A DNA stretch of 64,000 bases from NCBI GenBank assembly GCA_964247055.1, contig OZ176051.1, positions 3,348,001 to 3,412,000 on the forward strand. Direction: 5' to 3'. Below, piece by piece: positions 1 to 13,503 of this stretch (position 1 is its first letter; every line of letters starts with the position of its first letter). Below the pieces are notes generated by a model. That model was not told the origin of the DNA and searched no databases. It was given only the letters and a program-made list of their open reading frames with translations. A program made the position numbers and the translations under genes. This DNA is from Paragordius varius. Taxonomy: Eukaryota; Animalia; Nematomorpha.

Positions 1-756
1 TTTTTCATTATTTCAAAATTCATATTGTTACAGTTATCCTTTAAATATTATAAAAAAAATTTTAAAAATCATTTGTTAATATAAATACCAAACCATTCTT
101 TTTAGATATACAGTCAAAACTTTTTTCTGTGGACTTTTTTTGTGAGTTGACCATTTTTTCAACTTTTTTGAGCAAATGTCACGTATTTTGATTGGTTATA
201 TTTGAGATGAATTGCTGTTTTATTCGTACACAAATTATAGATTTAAATATTAATATATAATTTAATCCTATTTTTAGGATTATTTCTGAGTATCAATAAA
301 TTAAGTTTATAATTTATTTATTGTCCATTCCAAATATATTTGAATCAAAAAAATACATGAAAATCAATTAAAAAATAGAACATTTTTGAAATTGTTAATA
401 ATGTAGAAAGGGGGTTTGAGTGAAATTTTATATGCTTTATGGGCAATTGAAAATGTGCGATACTCAAATATTACCAATTACCTTAGAAAAAATACACAAT
501 CAAAAAATTTTCTGTATACGTGAGCATAAATAGCATAATATGTTAATCAGTCGTTTTTTATCATTTGCGGAAGAATGGCTAAAGTATAGTACTCATGCAT
601 TATTTTCACTGTTTTATTTTATATGGAAAAATTTTTTTGTGCCGATTTTTCTGCATTTCTCCACCGATCAATAAAAATTGACGAAATATATAAAAAATAT
701 GACTTTTTTGTTAATTTGAGATTTGACTGGATTATTTTGCTGAATAACTTTTGTAG

Positions 757-3700
757 GTCGAACTGGAAGTGATATTACCAGGTGAAGGGAAAGATCGCGT
801 GTTTAAAGTGGCTCTCAAATGGACAGCTCAGGTCAGTTTGTATGCGTTGGAGGAATGTTTGGAAGGTCGGACCCGTAATATTCCCCATGATGCTGTCCAA
901 GCTTTAGATGTCGTTATGAGACATTTACCAAGGTCATTTTTTATATATCTCAATTTAACAAACTATCTTTAGTGATGTGAGTAAATATACATTGTTATTT
1001 TTTTATTAATTGTATTGCCAGTAGGCATAAATCAAAAGTCAATCATATTGCTTTTTGCCAAATTAATGAAAAACCAGCAAAATAAAATTACACTCTAAAT
1101 CAAATTTTTCTCTTTACTGTTTGTATTTAATAATTTATTGTGTTGTTTTGTGATTTTTTGCAACCACGAAATATTATTTGGTTACCAATGTTCCCTGATA
1201 TCAATTATTACATTTAACTTTTTTTGGTTCCAATATTGGATTTCATTAACTCTTTTTGTTTAACTTTCCTAATGTTAAGCCTTTTATATAAAAAGCCCCT
1301 TTAAACTAAATAGTTGATGCTAATCATAATGCCGATTTTTATAAGGCTCTAATTTTAAAGTTTTAATCGTTCAAAATTGAGGACAACCCTTATAATGAGC
1401 CATAAATAATATTAAACTTAAACTCAATAATATTGATTTTTATTTCAAATATTTGAAAATATAATGTGGACATATTTGGGGGATGGGTCAAAAACTTTAA
1501 TATTTATACAAATTAATCCTAGTTATAATTAAATTATGTTCACATTCATATATTATTACTTTGTCGATAAATCTTAACTTTTGCCTTTTTGTTTTTATGT
1601 AGTATGACTTACACACCGGTTGGGCGAAGTTTTTTCAGTTCTCCGGCTGATTATTACCATCCTTTGGGGGGAGGCCGTGAGGTTTGGTTTGGTTTCCATC
1701 AAAGTGTCCGTCCCTCACAATGGAAAATGATGCTTAATATTGATGGTTTTTTTATTTTATTAGTATTCTCATAACTTCTGATTAAAGATATTCAAATAAT
1801 ATTATTACCTAATGAATAATACTGATATAACATCATAATTTTTCTAAAAAATAACTTTTACAATATGGTCCCGGTATTTTAATTTTCATCTGGTTTATAA
1901 AAATTATAAAATTAAATTATTATTTTAAAACATTAACATTGTAATAATAAAAATTAGAAATTAGGAGAAAACTATTTTTGTCGCAGCTCGGCTTCTATTA
2001 TATACTTTTTTTTCGTTTGAATCTCTAAACTAGTATCTGCCACGGCTTTCTACAAATCCCAATCGGTTATTGATTTTATGTGCGAAGTTTTGGACGTCAG
2101 AGATATAAATGAACAGAAACGACCTCTCACAGATGTACAACGGGTTAAATTTACCAAAGAAATTAAGGGTATGATGATGCTTACGAAAATTGTTTTTGTT
2201 TAAAAATTTTAATATTTTTTGTGGTCTTACATCTATTCTTAATTAGGTCTTAAAATTGAAATTACTCATTGTGGATCTATGAAGCGCAAATATCGAGTAT
2301 GCAATGTTACCCGTAGGCCTGCACAGTTACAATCGTTAGTTATTTTGCTTATTTATACACTTTAACGATATCATATAATCATATCTATAAACAATGAAAT
2401 AATTACTCATTATTAAGTTCTGACCAGTTATTAATTCATTTATGAAAGCATTTGCTAGTGAAAAACTTTGAACATATCTTTAAAAGATAATTTTTCATAA
2501 AATTAAAATTTAATGTAAAAATCTGAAACAAAATTTAAAAACTAATCTTTGTGGATAGTTATCATTAATAACAATATCAGTGCTGATTTGATGATTGGTT
2601 TTTGTGTTTTGTTATATGGAAATGTTATACACATGCTTCCATTTATTATGTTATTAATGCTGACACTGGTTATGGATTTATTAGGGCGATCAAAGTGTAG
2701 TTTTATTTTCTTTCGGCATTCAGATTCCCCCTGCAATTGGAGAATGGTCAAACTGTGGAATGTACAGTGGCTAAATACTTTCAGGACAAATACAAACGCA
2801 AGCTTTTGTACCCACATTTACCATGTTTACAGGTTGGTCAAGAACAGAAACACACATATTTGCCCCTCGAAGTTTGTAACATTGTAGCTGGTCAACGGTG
2901 TATAAAAAAGTTGACGGATATGCAAACATCCACCATGATTAAGGTTTGTTTACATTTCGAGTCAAAAAAATCTCTGATAGAATGTTATATTATAAGTATA
3001 TTTTGTAACAAATTTACTATAAATAATGCTTATTACAATGTTTGTTTGTTTATTTGTATTTTGTCATTGTATTAGAGTATATGGGTAGTTAAATACGTTT
3101 AATAATATTTAATATTTGCCTTTTTTAGCTTTAAAATCTTTATATGAAGGCTTCAAATTTAAAAGTTATAGGTAATTGCATACCTTGGCATGGATAAATA
3201 TTTTATTTTTATTATAAACAGGCCACAGCCAGATCAGCACCAGATCGCGAAAAAGAAATTAATAACCTGGTATCTTTTTATTTTAATTTATTATCTTACC
3301 ATTTATTTTGCTTAGTATCTTTTAAACTTTTTTTTATCTATATATAGATTGTGAAAGCTGATTTCAACAATGATATTTTTATTCAAGATTTCGGCGTGAG
3401 TGTAGTCAATCAAATGACTGAGGTTAGGGGTCGCGTTTTGCCACCCCCCAAAATTCAGTATGGCGGAAGAGTAAATAATTTTTAACATTTAGATTTCACT
3501 TTTTTAAATGTGTTATTGAGAGATTGTAAAATTTATTAATAAACTTTGTAGTCTTGTTTTACATTAAAATAAATTTGGCTAAGATGAGATAATATTTATA
3601 ATTGAAAAATGTAATCGTATTTATTTTAGCCAAATTAATTATTATAAATATGTGAAATTACGCAAAATTATAATAATATTTCACCTTTAATTATAATTAT

Positions 3701-6700
3701 TTGTAATATGGTAAATTACGAAATTTATCACGTTTCCATATTAATTTTTAAATTTTCTGTGAAATAATGTATATCATTTGCATTTTAAGAGTGTTTTTGA
3801 CTTCAAGTTGGACTTTTGACTTTTTGTATTATCAATCAAATCGTTCTATTTTATCATTTTCCTATTTTCTATATTCAACATAAACTTTATAACAATATCA
3901 ACTTATAATTATTCAGAAACCGTATATCTTTATTAATTTCTTAAAAATTATTAAATATTTATAAGATTTTTGCACCTATAGTATATTTAAGTTTTCTAGG
4001 TTATTTTTAAAAAATTTTTCACTAAAAACATTTATAAATTAATAATCTTGTTACATTGAAAAAATAAGTTTTAAACAAAAAAAGTGTTGTTATTGAATAA
4101 AAAATTTTTATTTTTAAATAAATATATAATAAATTAAAGGCTAAAAAATTCAAAAATTTTAGGTACCAACCTGAACTTTTTAAGAACCAACTTGAAGTAT
4201 TTCAAGGACACACTCGAAGTGCAAATGGTATATTAAACCAAAAATGATATTAAATAAATCAGTTAGTAGTGTTCCTTTGTGACACTATTTCACATGAAAT
4301 TTAACATTTGTATTAATTGAATACACATTGGTATCGAAAATATGTTTGGTTTTTATTCGTATACATTTTATATTTAGACAAAACAACAAGCCATCCCAAA
4401 CCAAGGCGTGTGGGATATGAGAGGCAAACAATTCCACACAGGTATTGAGATTCGAGTTTGGGCCATTGCGTGTTTTGCCCCACAAAAGACTTGTCGTGAA
4501 GACGCTCTTAGAAATTTCACTCAACAACTCCAAAAGATTAGCAATGATGCTGGCATGCCTATCATAGGTTCAACACAAAAATGAATATAACTCCTAGATT
4601 ATAAAATGTTTTTTTTTTCGCTGAAAATGTGCAGTTTTGACACAAAAAAATGATTTTTTACAACCATACATTGTTGATCCATTTTCGCTGGGTTTTAATA
4701 TTCCTTTTAAAATATTAGTAATCATATTAATGGTGTCAAATTTAGCGGATACAGTTTTTTGGACTAGATCTATATCCCACTGCGTAAGGATTAAAATGAA
4801 ATTTGGGACATTATTTTCATCCCTAACAAATTTCCACTGTCAAAATCATTTTATGGGACATATCTTTTGAATCAATATACTTAACGATTAATAATGAAAA
4901 TTTGTTTCGACATAATTAACTAAACTATTACGTAAAAGATATTTTTTTCCTACAAAATAATTTATATTCATATATATTTTAGGACAACCATGTTTTTGCA
5001 AATACGCCACCGGACCGGAACAAGTTGAGCCCATGTTCAGATTTTTGAAAACCACTTTCCAGGGACTTCAATTAGTAGTTGTGGTTTTGCCTGGAAAAAC
5101 TCCTGTTTATGGTATAATGAGAAAATATTTTTAATCCTATTATTTGATGCCAATATATAGTATCTTATGTTGAAATTTAAATTAAAGATTGATTGTATTT
5201 ACCACATAATTTTATCTACTGCAAATTAAAAATTTGCTATGCTAAAACATTAAAAATTTTCGCCTTCTTTGCTCCATACTTTATCCAGTAAATAGATCGG
5301 ATCAAAGCCAAGTTTTTTAAGTTAATTAAATAACTTTTAAACTTTAAAAATAATTTGTAAACACACACAATTATTTTTTGCCTTATAGCTGAGGTAAAAC
5401 GTGTTGGAGACACCTTACTCGGTATGGCAACCCAATGTGTCCAGGCTAAAAATGTCAATAAAACTTCACCACAAACCCTTTCAAATTTGTGTCTCAAAAT
5501 CAATGTAAAGCTTGGAGGCATTAATAACATTCTCGTTCCAACTATTCGACCAAAAGTATTCAATGAACCAATCATCTTTTTGGGAGCTGATGTCACACAT
5601 CCCCCTGCTGGAGATAGCAAAAAACCTTCCATAGCTGCAGTAAAATAACGTTTTAAAATCATTATAAATGTTCCTTGATTTTTCGCCTACAACTTGTATG
5701 ATTAATTATGCAATGAGATAAAAATTTACACCCCTCTTTTTTATTTTAAACCCAAACGTATAAAAATTAGGGTTTAAATAATGGGTTTGCTACTTTTTAT
5801 GTTTTTATATCTATGTAACATTCATTAAATAAGTTTCATACTAAAATTTTCATCCCAAATCCTTATATTGTAACTCTAAACGATAGAGATATAAAATTAA
5901 CGTTTTTTTTCTTTTATATAAGACAAAAATAATCTTTTACTTTTATGTTTTATCCTTACTCTTATAACCATTTATTTTTTAATAATTTTAAAGTTAGTTG
6001 GTAGTATGGATGCCCATCCCTCACGTTATTCTGCAGCGGTTAGAATTCAAACTCACAGACAAGAAATTATCACAGATCTCTCCAAAATGGTCAAAGAATT
6101 GCTTATCCAATTTTATCGATCGACACGTTTTAAGCCTACACGCATCATATTTTACCGGGATGGTGTGAGTGAGGGACAATTTAATCAAGTAATTTTATAT
6201 TTTATTGCATCTTTGAAAATTTCAATTATTACGAGTTAATTTTGGCGGGTTTTTTTATCACACGACAAATTTAAATATTTTAATATCATTATGTTTGTTT
6301 TTTGTCTAAATAAATTATTTTACATTATATCTATATATTAATTGGGTAGTATTTGAAAATTTATGTTTTGTAAAAATTCGATTATTACTGAATTCGATAT
6401 ATAATAATTAAACATCAATTGATGGAACAGCTAAATACAAAATCAATTTTATAAAATATTTAAATTTTGTTTGCTATGTTGAGACCCGAGTTTTTCAAAA
6501 ATATACTTTTAAAAATTATGCGCCTAAGCTTTTAAACTCATAAAAGGCATATTTTTAAAATATATCAGAGCAGTAAATTCTCCCCCCCCCCCCCCCAAAA
6601 AAAAAAAAGTAATGAATTGCTAAAATTCACAGTTTTATAACGAAATAACTTTTTTTTCAGGTTTTGCAACACGAACTTCGAGCACTTCGAGAAGCTTGCA

Positions 6701-8582
6701 TGAAATTGGAAGTCGGATATCAACCAGGCATTACCTTTATCGTTGTTCAAAAACGGCATCACACTCGTTTATTTTGTGCTGATAAAAAGGAACAGGTTTA
6801 CTAATTAAATTTCAAATTTAATTTTTTTATTGAAATTATTTAAGTTTTATATCGGGTTAGTAATGTACAGTTTGGATTTCAGAATGAGATTTTACTATTC
6901 TCCACCTCAAATGGAATCTACATAAAATATTAAAAGAAGTTAAGATTAATCGGCTGCTGTATTTTTAGCATAAAATACATCTTTGGCTTAATATTCCATA
7001 GCTAATTGCAATCATTAATAACATCTATTTATAATCAATATAAGGATTACAATGAAAATATGATATATTTTTACCACATTTTTAATTATAAAATTATTTA
7101 CATTTTGTTTCAAAATATTAATTTAAATTATTATGTTTCCTAATGGTGCAAAGTTTTATCTCCTAAATAAATCTCACAATGAAAATTGTACACCGATTCG
7201 ACTATAAACCAAATTTTCCCAATTTGTATCTAAGTTACAGGCTTACAAATAAATACTGGCATAAATAAATATATGACAAATTCGAAGGCGTTCATTAGTC
7301 TTTAACATTTGCATCACTTCAAATTATATTCAATAAATAAATAGCTAAAATTGGTTAACTTTGTATAAAAAAATAGATGGAACTTAAAGATATTTATTTT
7401 ATTCTCGTTCATTGTTCCCAAATAATTTTTTAACGCCTAAATTATAAAATGATATATTTTATTAGTTTTATTTGGGTTTTATCAATTAAATTAGATTGGA
7501 AAAAGTGGGAACATCCCAGCTGGCACGACTGTGGATGTTGGTATAACACATCCAACCGAATTCGATTTCTATTTATGTAGCCATGCCGGAATTCAAGTTA
7601 ATATTTTTTCAAAAAAAATCAATAATAGTTTTTTGAATGCAATTTTTAATCACCATTATTATATATATTTCGTGGTTTAATAGTTTATTCCAGAAATTTA
7701 AAGCAAATATATTGATATGTATTTATTTATTCCATTGAAAATAGGGAACGAGCAGACCTTCGCACTATCATGTTTTGTGGGACGATAATAATTTTAACAG
7801 CGATGAATTACAACAGTTGACTTATCAATTGTGTCACACATATGTGCGTTGTACACGAAGTGTTTCCATCCCAGCCCCGGCTTATTATGCGCATTTGGTG
7901 GCTTTTAGAGCTCGATACCATCTCATCGATAAGGACCATGAATTGTAAAAAAAATTTTCATAATAATTGATTTAATAAGATCGGTTATGAATGTAAATAC
8001 GAATAAACTTTTTTATAAAAACCAGTTTTAAATAATACATTGGACCCTCACTCATAATGAGCTTTTCAGCCTAACTGAATAGCGCATTTATAGCATCATG
8101 TTTTTTATTAAATTTGAATGGGGACCGATTTGTAGGTTAATGGGCCCTTCAGAAGGAGTTAAAAATATTGAAATAATTAAATTTTAGTGTTTAAGAATTT
8201 TTTCAATTATCTACAAAATATTTTTAATTTATATATAAAAGGGTCATGATCCATGTAAATGACCCATGTATTATTTATCCATGGGAATACTGTATGTCTA
8301 TTAGGTTATTATTCAAAATGATTAAATGTTATTTTTGCCGATTTAATTTAGTTTCTTTGATTAAATACGTTTTTTATGTGTTTAAATTGCATTTTCGTTT
8401 TTCGTATTTGCCCGCAAGACTGCATATAAGCACCATTAGATCCGTTATTAATGTTTTTAAGCGATTAAAACCCAATATATTTTTTATTTAGAGCTGAGGC
8501 ATGCCAACAAGCCTCTGAAATGGGTTTTACCCGAGCGATCGCAGTGCATACTGATACCAACAATGTAATGTATTTCGCCTAG
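757..8582 (+). CDS. AGO1: miRNA-class Argonaute (Ago1/ALG-1/AGO2-like), 5'-truncated by the window edge; 15 exons, 741 aa visible
   Basis: Exons 757-932, 1603-1745, 2034-2168, 2247-2334, 2724-2943, 3222-3269, 3348-3470, 4378-4567, 4983-5111, 5389-5639, 5994-6188, 6661-6795, 7495-7596, 7745-7944, 8492-8582; all GT-AG, phases consistent, total 2226 nt. Hallmark motifs: [92 protein letters not shown]-terminal MYFA*. The DEDH catalytic tetrad is present. Confidence 0.97.
4160..4228. mobile_element. Right end of a TA-flanked TIR element with degenerate 21-bp tandem units (family of 34051 and 56094), in Argonaute intron 7
   Basis: Units like aacttgaagtatttcaaggac end in ...gaagtgcaaatgg|TA, matching the termini and repeat unit at 56560-56708 and 34300-34384. 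Confidence 0.55.
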
Positions 8583-9541
8583 CTTAATTAATACTATCCA
8601 TGACTCAATATTTGATGTATGCTTAAAAATGCAAAATTAAACACAGAACACTCCTTTTTTACATAAAAATAAATTAATTTCTTAACCTACACACAATGAC
8701 TGTCTCTATTTAATTGATTATATGTTAAAATTTGACTCCTTAAAAGTCGCAATGTAGCTATTTTATACAAAAACTAAAAAAGTGTGAATGTTTAAAATTG
8801 TTTAAACATATTTATTTTACAAATGATGTATTTGTCTCGCATATCCTCATAGTATTAACTACAAAAACAACACAACACCAAGCAAGAATTCTTACTAAGA
8901 AATATATTTATTTTATATATATTAAATTTAATCATACATTTTAGCATTTTCTATAATAATCTAATTAGTTTAGGTTCTTTTATTTTTACATAATTTTTGT
9001 TGTAAAAAAATTCATTGTATAATATGCAAAATTCAACCAAATTACACTTCAATACATGTATTTTGCTGTAATCCGTAATCATTTATAGCCGCACACTTTT
9101 ATTTAATACATTTAATTAATAAATATAATGATAATTAATATTATATATTATTATTATTTTACTATAATAAAGGTATTGCAATAGATTTCATTTTTGAAAA
9201 CGCCTTGTTTTATATTGGATTTATATACAATAAAACTTTTTTAATCAACAACACTTTTTGACCAAACTGAGTTTAATCTAAATTTAACATCTAATTTCCT
9301 AAATCAAAAATTAATCTTAATGGTTAAATGTATACGCATCTATTTACTTAATTTTTATAATTTACTTTTCAAAATTTTAGTTAAAATATTATCCAAAATT
9401 GCTTTAAAAGATTATAATTAAAACAAGCTTTTTTGAAGGGAATGCTTATTTTAATATGCTTAAAAATAATTTTTAATAAAGTGTTAGTTAATAAAAAATA
9501 GGTGCGGAGTTTGATTAGAAAACTTTCAAATTTAAATCAAT

Positions 9542-9650
9542 TAGGGCTTCGAACGGGGTCAAAAAAATAAAACTACAACCGGGTTAGTCACTTAAAAAAT
9601 GAACGGTTTTGGAACCGATTCTTTGTATTTTTGACCGGTTTCATTTTGAT
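9542..9650. mobile_element. Truncated, degenerate left end of the TAGGGCTT hAT-type MITE family
   Basis: Starts tagggcttcgaacggg and carries aaccgg/ggaaccg subterminal motifs like the intact copy at 24816. Confidence 0.5.
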
Positions 9651-11419
9651 TCTAGACTTTTCAAACATTTTTATCATAATAATATAAAGCAAAATATCAA
9701 CAATTGATCACATAAGTAAAATTAAAATAAGTAGAAAAGTACGTAATAAGTCTCTTTGTATTAACTATCTAATCTAAGGAAATCTTAATTTAATTTTAAT
9801 GATTGCACTAAGCATTCGGACGTCATACTATTCTCAGAAGCAGAATATGTCTGTACTCCTAAGTGCTTAAGTGGAAATAAATGGTAATTATATTTCAGAG
9901 AAAAAGATATTATCATGTGATCAATTTTTTCGAAAAATTATTTTTCATTTCAATGGAAATCCAGAAAAAATATTATCATACAATCAAACTTAAATAACAA
10001 TTTAAACAAAAAAACGATTCCAACCCAACGAAACTTGATCCTGCTAAAATCTCAAAGTTCGGCATCTATGTGGTTTTGGTTCGAAGCCCTGGGAAAAAAT
10101 TTAGATTTACGTAGTAAGTGTTTCCCTTTTTCTAAAATTACAACTCATAAAGGCCACATTTTTTTACATTTTGTATTCAAATTACTATGTTACAGTAGTA
10201 TTAATATGGTAAACTAACATTTTAATTCTTTTAATGGCAAGATATCCTTTTAACATGAAATTGTAAAAATTTGGTAATATTTATATTTTTTTATTATTAA
10301 TTTTAATATTTAATATATTTATATCTAAAAAAACTACTACTATCCCTCTTTAAAAATCAACCCGCTTTATATATTCTAGTTTCAACGATTATTGCTTATA
10401 AATATTAATTAATTATTGATAAAATAATCACTGTTTAGAATGATATCTCACACCATGCACTTATTATTTGCAACCTTTATTAGTACTCCTAAAATAATTC
10501 CGCCTATGTTCAAATATTACTATGATTAGTAAATGATTATTTTCAATATATTATTTTTTAAATAAGCAATCCCGTACATTCAATTTTAAGAGCAAAAAAT
10601 AGCTTTTTTGTAAAAATTAAGAAATTGCACACAGAATAATGGTATCATTTTAATTTATGAAAATACTAGCAACTTATAAATTTTAAAGGCTCTGATTTTT
10701 TTATTAATGAGAATTAAACAAAATGATGATGCATTCATGATAAGACTGGGAAGGGATTACATAACAAATATCAGCAATTACAAAATACTATGTATTCCTA
10801 TGCACCTGTTTTTGATGAGCAAATTTTGAACATAAAAGTTGAATGTCAAAGCAATTAATGTCATTCTTTTCTCAGTAAGAAATGATACATCAACTGAAAA
10901 ATTGAGCAGGTTTAGAAGATCGGATATATATATAACATGATTAAAAATTTACAGAGTAATACAATTCAATTATATGTGTTTATTATTTAATTTTCGTACT
11001 TATTATGTGGTATGTAACTTGATAAGAAATGGAATGCGATAACAAAATACTTTTTCAGCCAAGTATTTTAACACAAACTAAAGCAATAGTCAATACAACT
11101 TTATTATATTTTTTAACCAAGAAATATGTGTTGGTATTTGTGACGTTTAATAATTAAAAATGTATAATAATCATTTATATATAATGATTGGAACATTGAC
11201 AGAAAAATAACAAGAAGCGATGTACTACAAAATATCGGGTACAAAAAAGTCGATACAATAAATCTTTCGCACATTTTTTTTCTTATGAAACAAGAATACT
11301 ATGATCATTGATTCATATTATATTATTAAAATACATCCCAATTAATATTGTTTGAGTTTTGCAAATGTGATAATTACCGATTCGAAACCATTTTAATATA
11401 AATACCCCCGATCATATAA

Positions 11420-12136
11420 ATGCCCATCCGGCAAAGCGAACTACCCAGACGAAGTGGTGGAATTCGAGATTTGGTTGGACGCATGAATACAGACATTCAG
11501 CAACATGAATTGAAAGAAAAATTAAATCCATTTTCTAGGGCTTTTGATCCTAATTTCGCATCGGCCAATCTACCTTCAAGAACCGATGCCGAAAATTATG
11601 GCAAACCAATTCAAGGCTCTAAAACAGATTTACGTGGGAGAGAAGCTGAAAAGCATGTACAGCGGGAAGTTGGATTCCTCTTGGACATTTTAAATTCAAA
11701 GGGTATGACAGATCCATCAAACAATCTTAAATATATAACATTTGGTGAACTATTCAAAATTTATAGTCGAATATCGGATAAATTAGTGGGAATTTTGCTC
11801 AGAGCACGTAAACATGGTTTGGTAGCCTTCCAGGGCGAAATGTTATATCAAAGACGGGATGAACATGAACCCATATATCTCCTTTTTTACGGAAGCGAAA
11901 ACGATTTGAATGAAATATGCTCAATTAATTCCAGGGAATCCGTGGTAAAGAGCCCATCTACAAGCAAATTGTTAGAAGAAGCTAAAATACATAAATTGGT
12001 GGAAAAGAAAAATTATGAATCTATGCATAGTCAATCAACGGCTGATTTTAAGTTATTGGACGAAGGAAAATCTCCATGTACCTCTAATACCCAATCAACA
12101 ATAACAGATATGCCTAAAAATAAAGATAAGTTATAA
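11420..12136 (+). CDS. ABRA: Actin-binding Rho-activating protein (ABRA/STARS, Costars domain), single exon, 238 aa
   Basis: NPFS...YGKP..GSKT..RG and Costars core ITFGELFKIYSRISDKLVGILLRARKHGLVAFQGEMLYQRRDE match the ABRA family; uninterrupted ORF. Confidence 0.92.
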   Translation: MPIRQSELPRRSGGIRDLVGRMNTDIQQHELKEKLNPFSRAFDPNFASANLPSRTDAENYGKPIQGSKTDLRGREAEKHVQREVGFLLDILNSKGMTDPSNNLKYITFGELFKIYSRISDKLVGILLRARKHGLVAFQGEMLYQRRDEHEPIYLLFYGSENDLNEICSINSRESVVKSPSTSKLLEEAKIHKLVEKKNYESMHSQSTADFKLLDEGKSPCTSNTQSTITDMPKNKDKL

Positions 12137-13503
12137 AATAGCATGATAACACACAAAACATTATATATAACATCTGACCCATCTAATAACCTTAGTTTTG
12201 GGCCATAAAATAATTTAATAAAAAAGGTGTGGAAATTAAACTTGTTTAAAAATACACGATTCCAACCTAGACAGTCAAATTTAAACGAAAAACGAATATA
12301 TTATTTATTAATGACACATGTTAAAATCTCGAAATCATCCGTTTCATTAATTTGCGAACAAGTGTTTTTCTTCCTATTTTGCGTTTTGGCTTCAGCCGTA
12401 CTATCCAACAATTTTTTCAAATGCACTGTGATCATTTTTTCAAATGTAACAATATTATTAACCTAATAAATATATACATGTAATTTTAAATACTTTGAAG
12501 CAATCGAATGCGTGTTGTCGAAAATCTTTATTAGATGAGTATAAAACTACATTTTTTATTGATTCTGCAATCATATTTATGTAAAAATCTGATTTGTCTT
12601 CTTTTAAAATTTCACTTTTACCCATTAAAATTATCGTCTGCCAAATAACTTTAAAACGCTTGACATAGATTTTTAAAAAAATTTTAATTGGCAATTATTA
12701 TTGTAATAAATTATATTCTGCTAAAAATACGAAAGAAACATTTTTATATAATCTTTCTTTTATTACTTTTTTGTATTTTGCACAATCCAAGTTTTGCTTA
12801 CCAAAAGATTGGTAAAATTTAATTAGTTATTTTTTCTAATTTTAAGGTTAAACATATTAATACATATCGTTGTACCGTTTATAAAATTTAAGAGCTATAA
12901 AAAATGCGGATTTACAATTTTTCTTATTCAACATGGCATATAACTTATTTAAAGGGAATAATCCAGTAACATCCGATATCTGTATATGCCCATTTTTGTG
13001 CTGACCAATAAAAGTTTACGAAATAATATCTCATAATAGGAAATCCTAGTCCCATAATCCAAAACAAATTTCTCATAAATTTTATTTTTAACTTAAGAGA
13101 TATTTTAACTAAAAAGCAGTGTTGAAATTTCGGGCCGTATGAAGCTTTTTGTCAATGATGATTAAATTTTTGAAAGTAGCTAAAAAGTTAAAATAACTAG
13201 AGCAACATCGATCTGTCAAGTAGTTTTGGTGAAAATTGATCCAAGGTAGTCATTTCATTCGTATCAATCAAGGTGTAAAAACTATTTTTAATCAAATCCT
13301 TTAATTTATTTGTCATTTGATATAAAAGTTAACTAATGATTGCTGATTCAATAAACAAACTTTAATGCAACTAAAAAACTAAAATGTATGACTAAATAAA
13401 ACATGATCAAGAAACTATTATAATTTTATATAATTAATGCATAAATAACATTTTTCGCCACAATCAATATGTTTAGGGTAAAATTTGTCTTCAAGGTTGT
13501 ATT

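Noticed and set aside
2542-5662. ORFs 2542-2817(-), 2549-2887(+), 4285-4533(-), 4637-4870(+), 5237-5662(-)
   Set aside because: They are antisense or off-frame shadows of Argonaute exons, or AT-rich intron ORFs with no protein-like signal.
6582-6608. C15-A12 homopolymer run near an Argonaute acceptor
   Set aside because: Simple-sequence run with possible sequencing length error; no evidence of function.
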